In this document: piece after piece, positions 1-11,145 of the stretch
How the letters are laid out: each line of letters opens with the position of its first letter
Numbering within the stretch: position 1 is the stretch's first letter
Assembly (NCBI GenBank): GCA_024137785.1
Contig: JAHRHZ010000140.1
Coordinates: 30,609,687-30,673,686, forward strand
DNA length: 64,000 nt
Direction: 5' to 3'
DNA from: Ginglymostoma cirratum
Lineage: Eukaryota
The notes under the pieces: generated by a model
Seen by the model: only the letters and a program-made list of their open reading frames with translations
What the model was told of the DNA's origin: nothing
The model's database searches: none
Position numbers and translations under genes: made by a program

Positions 1-1286
1 TATTCTTCCTCACAAAGAATGTGAATCTCACCATATTGTCAAATGGAAGCCTGGCAAAAAGGTACTATTGAACATGGGAGGTCATTATTTTCCTACGAGG
101 AGAGTTAATGTTTGAAAGTTTTGGCCAACTGGGAGGGCATCCTATGAACCATGAGCTCTAGCTGCTGGAGAATCATACTCAGCTGGGTCTCACTTTGAAC
201 GTGCCAGCATTGATTGAGAAATCAATGGCATCACATTCTAGTATGGTGCCACAATGTCATGGAGCCACAGTACACTGTGGGCTGTCTGGAATCTCAGGAT
301 AGCTGACATGGATGAAAAGAGGTGCAATCTTTAAGGAGCTCAGGTGTAGGGGTCAACTTTCTCCAGGATTGACCCTCTACTTTCCCAGCAGGTAGCTCAT
401 GCAAAGCAAGGACAAGGCAATGCGGGGATGCTGGGATAGGGGTGAATGGTCGTCAGTCTATAATGCCAATACAAGTTTATAATGGTTGTTCTTCACCCTT
501 GTTGCAGAGAAGCTGATTACTGTGTTTGGGAAGGTGCACTGTCATGCTTCAAGTATCCCCAGCAATGTACAATGTCTCCATGCACTTGAATGTTACACCA
601 CCAAGGGGTTATACTTTGGACCCAAACAGGTTACAGCCCACTGTGATGGGTGTGCTGTTTGGAGAGGAAGCTAACACGGGAAAATGCTAAGTTAGGGGCT
701 TAACTGCAGCATCATGGTGCAGAAATACAGAATGATGAGCATACTATGGCAAAGAAGAACCCTGCCCGTTTTCTCACAATCATGCAGTCGAAGAAGAATC
801 AGCAAAGAGGGATAGAGGAGCAGTAACTGTGGCCACAGGCAGCGGACCAGCTTGCAGAGGTACTATATCCAGGAAACCAGGGGCCATGGCAATGATGAGC
901 AAGACTAAAAACCAGATTTACTGACTCACTGTAGCCATTTCCGAATAGTAGAAAAGCAATGCTGGAGGCACCTCAGAATGCCTTACAGGTGGTGTCCTAT
1001 ACATGCCAGATATTGGGACAAGGACTGCACCTACAAGGGCCAGCGGACTATCCTCAGTCGCCTCAAGGTTAACAGTGGTCTTGAACTTTGTGGCCATTTG
1101 TGGTTGGTTCCAGGGCTCCAATAGGTCCTTCCCAGTCAGCTGCCCACAAGAGTATATAGAAAGGTGACTGATGCTTGATTCTGAGAAGCCCAGGATTTAG
1201 TGAGACTCCTCTGGATACAGAGAGCTAGAAACCAGGGAAGAGGGGCCTTCTGCCGAAAACTGCTTTCCCAGAGGTACAAGGTGCTG

Positions 1287-1812
1287 TCATACAATCATAG
1301 AATCCCTACAGTGTGGAAGCAAGCCATTTAGTCCATTGAGTCCACACCAACCCTATGAAGACCATCCCAGCCAGACACAAACCCCCACCCTATCCCTGTA
1401 TCCCTGTATTTCCCCTGGATAATCCACCTAGCCTGAACATATCTGGACACTATGGACAATTTAGCATGGCCAAACCACCTAACCTGCACATGTTCGGATG
1501 GATGTTGGAGGTGCTCGTGTTGGGCTACAGTGGACAAAGTCAGAATTCACACAACACCAGGTCAGGTGATGAAGGAGCAGTCCTGCAAAACCTTGTGATT
1601 TCAAATAAACCTGTTGAACTATAACCTGGTGTCATGTGACTTCTGACTTCATCATTGGACTGTGGGGAGAAACCGGGAGCAGTCAGAGGAAACCCACGTA
1701 GACGCGGAGTGAAAGTAGAGACTCCACACAGACAGTGGCAGACAGCAGGAATTGAACTGGGTCCCGGGTGCTGTGAGGCAGCAGTGCTAACCACTGAGCC
1801 ACTGTGCAGCCC
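1287..1812 (-). mobile_element. HE1-type tRNA-derived SINE, full length, with a nested insertion at 1499-1649
   Basis: Reverse complement carries the head ggctcagtggttagcactgctgcctcacagcacc and the ccacactgtagggattctatga tail; the same family recurs eight more times in the window. Confidence 0.92.
1499..1649. mobile_element. Short Penelope-like (PLE-derived) element with inverted arms and a degenerate hammerhead motif
   Basis: Inverted repeat aagtcagaattcacacaacaccaggt / acctggtgtcatgtgacttctgactt (23/26). Internal gtgatgaaggagcagtcctgcaaaa resembles a decayed CUGAUGA-stem-GAAA. Flanked by a degenerate duplication of the SINE target (catgttcgga / catcattgga). Confidence 0.7.
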
Positions 1813-2446
1813 CTGCTGAATACCAGAGCTCCCTGAGATCAGGCAATTGTCTTATCAAAAGCAAAAAGCTCCACTGCATTGATGTGCAGCTGATATTTGA
1901 CCACACCAGCTAAGCACTCCAGGATTGCGCCCACTTTCCAGGCAACTCACACATTCAGATTCTGACATTCTGGAGCATTCACAGCTGGCTGTAGGTTTCA
2001 ATGTCTCGTGTCAGTTACAGAGGACTGACAGCTGGGGGGAAAGGGGGTAGCCACAGAAGACTTGACTGTTGATGCAAGTGAGGAACCCTCAAACTGTAAC
2101 TGAGGTGAGGTTCAATGCTGCACAAACCTCCATACGGGCCATCACTGACAAAATGATAGGATTGCTCAAAACAAACTTCAGATGTTTCAACCACTCAGAC
2201 AGTGCACTCCAATATCCCGAGACCCAGAAAGAGTTTTCCTAATTCATCAAAATCTGTTTCTTAAACTTTTAAAGCATTTTGAAAACTTCCTGGCTGTGAA
2301 TCTGCTGCTGGACAGAATTCATTAGGTTAAGAACATTTTATTTTTCTCTGTTTCATTAAATATAGGGTCATTTTAAAATTTAACTTTAAGTCCTGTGATC
2401 CGTTGGAAGCATCAAACTGCATAGAAAAACGTAGCCTTTGCACTAA

Positions 2447-2588
2447 CCAAAAACTGAAAGGACTGCAGATGCTGGAAATCAGAAACAAAAAAAGAAATTG
2501 TTAGAAAAGAACTCAGCAGGTCTGGCAGCATCTATGGGGAGAAATTAGAGTTAACTTTTCGTCTCCAGTGACCCTTCTTCAGAACTAT
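2447..2588 (-). mobile_element. Short PLE-derived element with hammerhead-like motif
   Basis: Perfect 11-bp TSD ctttgcactaa (2436-2446, 2589-2599). Minus strand reads agttCTGAAGAagggtcactggagacGAAAagttaact. Confidence 0.8.
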
Positions 2589-2689
2589 CTTTGCACTAAT
2601 TGCACTTAGTACTTCCACAACCTCTGATACTTGAAGGGAAGCATTGTTACAGACCTGATCTCAAGTAAACTGAGGCACTCAGCCACACG

Positions 2690-3130
2690 CCTTTGTCGTG
2701 GATGTGACTTGCTGCCTTATTCCTTCACTATCCCTACACTTCTGGTGATCATTCAGTTCCATGACAATATGGTTACTTTAGTTGAGTATCCTCAGTGACT
2801 GTACCTCCACGGTCCCATAGGCAGACAATTCCAAATGCATCCCTCCTATCCCCTCGAGAGAATGAATTCCTCACCTTTCAGTAGTTTATTGTCTACCTCT
2901 GATTTGGAAATACTTCCCAGCTATGGAGCTCTTAGCCAGTGGAAAGATCTCTCCCTACTCTATCTTGCAAAGTCTAGCCACATTTGTTCATTGCTCATAG
3001 CGATCATTTCTTCACTGTCCGCTATGTAGCAAACCCAAGCCCATTCACCTCGCTCTCATCTCGTATGAAAAAGTCAATATCATTGAAATCAATCTATCTG
3101 TCTTGGCTACAATCTCCGAATGATACACAT
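2690..3130 (-). mobile_element. CR1-type LINE 3' region, old and degraded
   Basis: Resembles the reverse complement of a CR1 ORF2 end and 3' UTR (cctccacggtcccataggcagacaattccaaa...gaatgaattcctc). Confidence 0.5.
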
Positions 3131-3513
3131 ACCCTTCTTTTGCTAATGAGGACAACTTATGCACACATGTTACTGAGGATATGAGACAATGAATGGTATC
3201 TTGGAACTCAGCTCTAGATCTGCGTCGGTAATGTGCATGGGAGAGTGGGGTTCAGCAGAATCCCATGGGTAGGAATTTGGCGGAATCTCTACCTTCTCAT
3301 CCCTACAAAGGAAAGTTCCACATTTGCTTTCCAGGGCCTCTTCCTCCTGTATACCGGCTAACAGTGAGAGGGGCTCCATAGTTGGGATCCCACTCCATTG
3401 GTGGTTAACATGCCATCAGGACCTTTTATATGACATTTGATCCTGACTTACATGGAAGTGTGAGACTCATATCAGATTAAGGTAGACACTTTAGCACCAT
3501 GTCCATCTCACTA

Positions 3514-3545
<32 letters not shown>

Positions 3546-3546
3546 A
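3514..3546 (+). repeat. (AC)n microsatellite
   Basis: Directly visible, with one interruption. Confidence 0.95.
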
Positions 3547-3768
3547 TCCCCTCCCCACACACCCCAACTCCCAATGGGGCAGGAAATTGACTCACTCATT
3601 TTAAATTGCGCTTCGCAGTTTCTGTTTGATATGGGATAGATTCATTTGTGGTCCCAGGTTGCACTTAATGCAAATGACAGCACTGGGTGCATGGCTTCTC
3701 AGAGTATTCTGACTGTTATTATTTACAGTAATAATTTACAGGGGTAGATTAGCTCACACCTCCATTTC

Positions 3769-4061
3769 GAATCATAGAATCCCCACAGTGTAGGAAGCGG
3801 CCATTTGGTCCATCAAGTCTGCACTGACCTTCCAAAGAGGATTCTCCTCACCCCCATCCCCATAACACCGCATGGGGTTTGTACCATGGCCAATCCATCT
3901 GACCTGCATATCTTCGGACTGTGAGACGAAACCAGAGCACCTGAGGAAACCCACGCAGACACCGGCAGCATGTGCAAACTCCAGTCGCCCAAAGGTGGAC
4001 TCAAACCTAGGTCCCAGGTGCTGTGAGGCAGCAGTGCTAATCACTGAGTCACCACGCTGCC
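3769..4061 (-). mobile_element. HE1-type SINE
   Basis: gaatcatagaatccccacagtg tail through gcagtgctaatcactgagtcaccacgctgcc head. Confidence 0.9.
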
Positions 4062-4878
4062 TGGTTACTTTTGGGAACTGCAAAATAGCTCACGTTTGCT
4101 ACCCTACTGAAGGTAACATCACCATTCAGAAACCTTGAAGGGAAATGCACAGGAGAGTAACCTGGATTTGACTCCAATTAATAGTAAAATACAGTAAAAT
4201 GCACTGAGATAGAATGTGTCTTCATTTAAAACCATTGCCTTCCAAGCTCCAGTCAAACAATATCTGACTTCATTGGTGATACATTAGCCATTTACCTCTT
4301 TGCTGTTTACACTTTTTACAACAGCATAGGGGAGTTAGAAAGGCCCATTCTCAGACTAGATTTTCAATTTCTGTATAAAATATAACACTTCTTGATTTAA
4401 CTTTAGCTGGCCGACACAGAAATGAGAATGATTTGAAATAGAAATGAATGACCCAAAGATAGGTAAGATGGCCTTAAGTTTCTTTAATTTTCACAGTCAC
4501 AGCAGCTTTGTGGCAGTAGAGATCATGAGCTACAATTCTCAAGATTTCTTGTCTGTCATAAAATAGGTTCTTTATGGCAACTATCAGAAGCGATTTTAAT
4601 ACAGTGCACCAGCAGCAAACTTATCTGAACAGACACTGAGTCAGCAGCCATTTTATAGAGGAATTCTCTTGTTAAGATGATAAATTTGATTGAAACTTTG
4701 TTGATCGAATTAAGGCACATTGACGTAAAGAAGAGATTTCTCTCTGGCCTAAAATAAACATGGATTGTTTGGGTGAGCGTGTGCTATATGTGGTATAATG
4801 TCATTTAGCATTAGGACTCAGGAGCTGTAAAGTACAATTTCACCAGCCATTCTTGCTGAATTGTATTGTCTTTCACAG

Positions 4879-4923
4879 AATGAGAAAAGACAGAAATTGA
4901 TTGGATTTCACTACGAAAGAAAG
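4879..4923 (+). other. Candidate 45-nt internal exon of an unidentified host transcript
   Basis: ttgtctttcacAG|aatgag...gaaagaaag|GTATGT. One frame is open (NEKRQKLIGFHYERK); no partner exons were identified. Confidence 0.3.
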
Positions 4924-6029
4924 GTATGTTTTTCTGTCATGTATTTTAGGTGAAAGCAAAGTTTGTTGGTTTATAATTGTCCTTCATCTGGCAAGAGTAC
5001 ATTGCTGTTTCTCCCTTACAATGACAGGACAATGCATACATAACCACTTATGTAATTATCAGAGCTAGCAAATGCAATAAGAGAATCTATCTGATGTTCC
5101 ATGCGCTATCATTGAACTTGATATAGAGTGCACTCTGAATTGCAGCATTGCGTGGATTCTTTTGGGAGTGATATAAAGAATATCTCACACAAAAGCTGCA
5201 ACATAGTAAAGGGAACATTATTTCTTTGTTTCACGTGGCCCCAAAAGAGCCCAATCCAGGGGAAACAAAAAAACATGAAAAACAGAACTTTGAATACAAA
5301 CCACATTGCCAAATTCAGCAACTTCTAATTTTGCTTGATGGAACAAGGTGAGGGAATGTTTCATCTGTCATATTTAATTATACAAGATACACTATTTTTT
5401 ACAAGATTTGTTCTGTCTATAGGGATGGGTGTGGAATATCTAAAACGTTGCAAAATTGACATTAAATGTTATTTATAATCTCACTGTATTGAATCTTACT
5501 GTGCTGCATGCTATTTACTGTGCCACTATGGCATAAAGCTGCAACTCTGCTACACCAGGTCTACCAGTTTGGCCTTCCAAACAGTGTTTGTCATACTAAA
5601 AGTAGGAATTTTAATGAAGGTTACTGTGCATTTTTTTTAACTTAACAAATATGAACAGTCCTGGGTGATTCAGTTTCAAAAGTGCCACTTCACTGAATTG
5701 TCCAAAAAGGTAATCAATTATACCTGCAATACATCAGATTTGGGTGTCATACCAGTAGCAGCCACCATGTCTCCAGTGGTGCAGACATTAAACAAAGCTC
5801 CCATGCTCCGATCAGTAGCAACTTTGGCTGGCAGGACCTCCAAGGATGCCTGGGGTCCGTGTTCCTAAAACAGGCCAGACACTGTTCTGTTAAAAGCCTG
5901 ATTGGTACTTAATTTGGCAGGCCTTCTCTAAAAGAAGCACAATGGGACTCTCACTGCCTCTCCAACTGACACACGAGATTGCTGCCCTTTCCAATCAGTA
6001 CCACTGAACATAGTTTTTAAGTAAAAGAA

Positions 6030-6260
6030 AGGGGACAAAGTAGGAGAAAGAATAAATATGAAGGTCTATGGTGGAGTGGAAGGCAGAAGAGATTAAATAA
6101 CAAAAGGGTTGACACAAAACCTAAAGAAGTGGTTAACAGGAAAAGTAAAGGAAAAAAGTTTAAAGGAAGTTTGAATGACAGAATGATACACAACTTCCAT
6201 CCAAATCGAAAACATGAGAAATATTAGAGTGAATCCAAAACTTGCAAAGGGAAAGGAAAC
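6030..6260. mobile_element. Probable Penelope-like element internal fragment
   Basis: Purine-rich aaggtctatggtggagtggaaggcagaagagattaaataacaaaaggg, recalled from shark PLE bodies; recognised by eye only. Confidence 0.35.
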
Positions 6261-9200
6261 AAATTAGATTTAGCCATTTAATTTTTTTACATTTTTTTTA
6301 CAACAGCTCATAAACATTTAATACCTTGCCATGCAGCATCATATGAAAATAAGGTGTCACTTCTCAGGTGTTTACTGGTGAAATACTTTAAATAAATAAA
6401 GTCAGAATAAATATGCTCACTGCTGTAATTGTGCTGCTGGGCTTGGCACAACATTGTTAAGTAAGCAGAGTTGAATTGAAGAATCTATTGTTTTATACAG
6501 AATACGTCTTACAAATATTCATCCCAGCACTTTTCAATCAGGTCTGATGTCTAATTTTACCAGTTTAGGACAGAGTCAATCAACTTTTGATTTTACAAAT
6601 TATTTGAAACATACGTACCCACAGCAACACTTTAAACTGTTTTTCTCATTTAAAGGAGCAGTTCAGTTTTCTACTAACACAAAACACAATAATGTCACCA
6701 TCCATTACTTATCATAGTTATAATTTAGATTGAGGTCATGACTGACAGTATAGATCAATAGCAAATGACTTGTTTACAGAATAACAAATAAACTAATAAA
6801 CGTAGTGTGTTATTTTCTAGTACCAGGGTTCTATCTTGTTAAAAGTTACTGTTCCTATTGCTTTATTTTGTGTTTTACATTGAGATACCAGGCTACCGTC
6901 ACATTGAGATGGCAGTCTGGAGTATGTTGGTTGTTACAGTCTGTCCTTACAATGTTCCTGAGGCTAGTTGTTCCTTTTCTTTCATTTTCCTATCTCTAAG
7001 TAAAGCTCTTCAATTCCTTAAGTACTGTAGCATTCCTTTATTTATATCTATACAGTATAGGTTCTCAAATAAAGCTCTTTCATGTAGTGTCTAGGACCTC
7101 TCTTTCCACATGCTCATTCCAGACTGGTATTCTCTCTTATCAATGTCAAAATCATGTGATCAGTTATAGAATCATGATTTACATAAATGTCTTTATATGA
7201 CACCTATCACATAATCTGAAGTTTTGGATTAAGCTTCAGTGGCTGAAGTAAAGCTAGTAAAGTGAATAGCAACAGTAGTAAGCTGAGAATTAAAGTGGGG
7301 CTACCATATTTTAAGTTGTCATATGTGCAAATGGCTAAATGATAAAGTTTGGCGATAGTGGAAAATGTTGGCCTGCTTTATAATTATCAATAACATGAAG
7401 CAAGACAATATAAGTAATATAGTGCAACATACTGTGTAAATTTCTTAAGCTTTGCTTTCAAATTTTATTACACTACACTGGCTAAATAAGACTGTTTTAC
7501 AGCAACAAATTCTTACACATCTTTATTCTCTATAGCTTTGAAATTACACTGTTCACACATTAGTGTATAAGGGCTTTATGTGCCTGAACGCCATTCCTCT
7601 GTCAGCTATGTTAATGGAGGCATTAGCTCATTTTAAATAAAGGAATTTTATGTCAATGCATTAAGTATTCGTGTGCTAATACCCATACAGCATAATTTCA
7701 AAGCCCACACAATTAAAGGGATAATGATGGGTGATCTCATGCATTCTATGCAATGTATGAATTCTATGTAACATGGTTCCACTCATATTGTGTGATAGCA
7801 TTATTACAATATTTGTTAGAACAGGAATTTCATTTTTCAATTTTTCTGAAGTCTTTAAAAGGATGCTTAAAATTTGGTTCAATTGTAATTCAACATAATA
7901 TTCCAGATAAGAAAAATCTCAAATTTCAACAAGACTGCTTGAAAACAACAGTATGTATCCTCCTGTGGAAACTCTCATATTTCAAATCAAGAGAAGAGTA
8001 AAATAATATTGTAGTATTCCAGCTAACCTCAACCTTTAAATATATTGTAAAATGATTTTATGTACTTGAGAATATATAAATATCATGCATTAAGATCGAT
8101 TGAAGAGATAACTCGTCATGAACCTGTAGTGTGGAAAAATTAAATATATGGCATAGCATAACACTGAACAATTTTTAGTTAACATTTGGGAGAGGCTAAA
8201 ATATTTGTATTAACAGAAACAAGTTCAAAATATTTCGGTAATTCTAAAATGAATAAAGATCACTTTAACTGAAATTAGAAATAAAATGAGTCCCATAATC
8301 TCTAGAAGAATGTGTGTGAGGCTGCTAGAATCTCATTCTAATCCTTTCATCATGATAAGTCTTTGACATCAAGGTTACAGCAAGATGATGCTCTCTAAGC
8401 TTTTATGAAATCAATTCAATTTACCTTCACCTTTACTTAATATCCAGTTAGAGTTGTAACATGATCAACATAAAACATAATTGTTAGCAGCTGTATACCT
8501 TAAATGGCAAAGTTAAGGCTGGCTTAATGTTATAGTGATGAGAGCAAATAAAACGGCTAACTAATGACGCTTATGTGTTAATACTAACATTATAATTACT
8601 ATTAATACAGCTCTTAAAATACCCCTCCAGTTATTTATCTCTGTTTCTCCCTTTCTATGCTTAATACAGGATTTGATATTAAAGTATAATTCCTTTATGT
8701 GAACAGAAACATCTACGGATATAGGATTTAAAAAAAGGGGAAGAATTTTGAAAAAGTACCTTTTGGAAATGTGACACACAGATTTGGCCATTAGGTTAAG
8801 ATCACTTTTCACAGTATGAAGAAGCAAATCTGAAATCGTTTCAAAATCCCAAGTAATTGTGTTTTTCAGGGGTTTCATTATAGCTTCTTTTGAATGATCT
8901 AATCAGCCAGCTACAAGATCAAACATTCATATTAAGAACAAATAGTTGCACAGGAGATTTCAGAAGAAGGTCAGATCACAAATAATTCTTGTTGATTATA
9001 GATTCCCAAATTGCAGCTAAAAAATGCTAACAGATGTATCATTCTAGGATAGCGTTAACCTACATTGCTATTTTCTTTTTCCATGTACCAGTAATACTTC
9101 ACACTTATGTGATTCACATGTACATGAAACTAATATTAAACATCATGCAAATAGCAAACAAAGCAAAATATTAAGTACAATAATGAAAAACAGTGTTTTA

Positions 9201-10449
9201 ATCACATTTCTGCAGTAAATAGTAAGGGTAAGTAAAGGTGTTGAGAATTCTTTTTGAAAACAAAACTAATTATTCATTCCAGATTCTTGGCTAGAACATT
9301 CTATTTCTATTTGCTAAACCAGGGAACTCTGTATTTCGCTAGCTCACAAGACATTAATATTACATTTGTAGTATTGATTAGAAATCATTGTATCACTGTC
9401 TACCGATTGAAATGTTGCTTTCCAAATGACATGGTACTTACCAACACTGTAGACTAGCTAGCCTCTGACTGCTCTCAGGAGTCTGATAATACTGGCACAA
9501 GAAAAGAGAAAGGCAATTTCTCAAAACAAATTTATATTAACAATATATTTGTTGGAGTGGTTCTGCTGAGAACTGTGTATTCTTGCATCAATTTTACTGA
9601 AAATTCCTTCCTAAGTTTTAATCTAAATACAAGTAAAATATGTGTAAAGACACTTCAAGTCTGTCATTTTAGATACTCTCATTCTGTGAGCTAACTGGAA
9701 CATTTCATGCACAAGCAAAATATATGAGTAAACTTCACACTTGACAGTGCCTTGAAGGGAGAAGTATGGTCAATGCTTTTTCAGGGTTCCAGGCTGATTT
9801 ACGTCTTACATAATGATACTAATAGTTGAAATGATCACCTGTCATCATTCACCGATAGCAATGTCTATTCGAGAATGTAATACTTGTGGTCTATATACTC
9901 TATCATTGTTTCTTTATTATTTTTGAATTTCCACATAGTTGCAATCCTGATCATGTCATAATCACTATGGTAACAGATCTAAACTGTACCTATGTTTACA
10001 TTGTTACTAGACATCTCTTCCAACATAGCTAAAATATAGACAGTTTGCAATTCTAAGCAACTTAGAGGTAGTGACATTTTATTAGTAACAGGATATCTGA
10101 CTGGTGAAGGGATCTAATTCTCACTATTTGTCAAAAGGCAGTCATGCAATTATTTATATGAATGAATCATTTTTTAAAATTGTTAGCATCCTCATGAAGA
10201 GTTTCTATTGAACCAGCATGTACACTCTTTCCTGTACATTTAGAAAATTGTGTGTGTCAATGAAAAATTTATTCCTTCAGAAAGAAGTTGCTCTGTTTTG
10301 CTTGCTATACCTTTTTCTTAAATTAGATTTCAAAGTTATGTAGATTGAAATTTTTCTTCAAAGCTTATAATTTCACTAAATTCTTTGTTTTGTTTTGAAA
10401 GTACTGTATATTTTCTGAAGGTGTCCATAAACAACAATGAAATTAGAAA

Positions 10450-11145
10450 ATCAAAGAATGGCAATTTGTGGTCTGGAAGGTTCTCACCAGGAGGTAGGAG
10501 AGGCAGTGAGAACTCACACCACATCTTTCAGAGAAAGTCCTCTGTATGAAATGTCAATCAACGAACAGTATTGGTCTATCCTGGATCAAGGACTCTGGGG
10601 ACACAAATCCTGCCCACTGCAAGTTGTTGACTAATCAGAAGCCAGAAACTCTATAGAACAGCAGCTCACCAAGGTGGGGGTTGCAGTTAATATGGCACTC
10701 ACCCAAGGTCTAGTATGGTCATAAGATCCTGGGCCACAGATGAGAGATGGCAGGAGGAAGATGTAGGATGGAGGGTTGCAGGAGATAGGGTAGGATAGCA
10801 GCTAGGGGAGGGTTGGCTGTCAGTCGGCCTCCTCAGCCAGTGCTAAGCACCTTTATCTGGCACTGACTGGTTTTTGGTTGTGGCATACCGTTCACCCCTG
10901 AAACCTGCAGATGACCCCACACAGCTATGTTTCCTACAATGCCCAACCATGCCCCACCACAGTATTAATGCTAACATCAGCATAGGAGACCCATATTTGG
11001 ACATTTATTGCTTGCCCACGGGTGTCAATTTGTGGTCGAGTGAGGGATATTTTTATCACAGAATTAATCAGGAAGGGATCAGCCTATTTTGAATGTGTAA
11101 ATAATCCCACCTTCAAACTTGCCACAGGAGGCAATTCATTCTCCT
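10450..11145. mobile_element. Probable old non-autonomous DNA transposon (Harbinger-like MITE)
   Basis: GC-richer island within AT-rich flanks; termini degraded and no TSD verified. Confidence 0.3.

Larger units (their letters stand above)
905..2245 (+). pseudogene. Decayed PIF/Harbinger (HARBI1-like) DDE transposase, interrupted by an HE1 SINE
   Basis: Frameshifted translation gives HARBI1-type motifs in order: KQCWRHLRM; VTVVLNFVA..FQGS; SQSAAHKSI..VTDA; FP.VQGAV; then the SINE; then LHCIDVQLIFDH...CAHFPGNSH; GKG*PQKT*LL; VRNPQTVTEVRFNAAQTSIRAITDKMIGLLKTNFRCFNHSDSALQYP. Multiple stops and frameshifts. Confidence 0.85.

Noticed and set aside
1-900. Possible minus-strand Myb gene relic belonging to the first Harbinger element
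   Set aside because: Only faint motif echoes; cannot be supported by eye.
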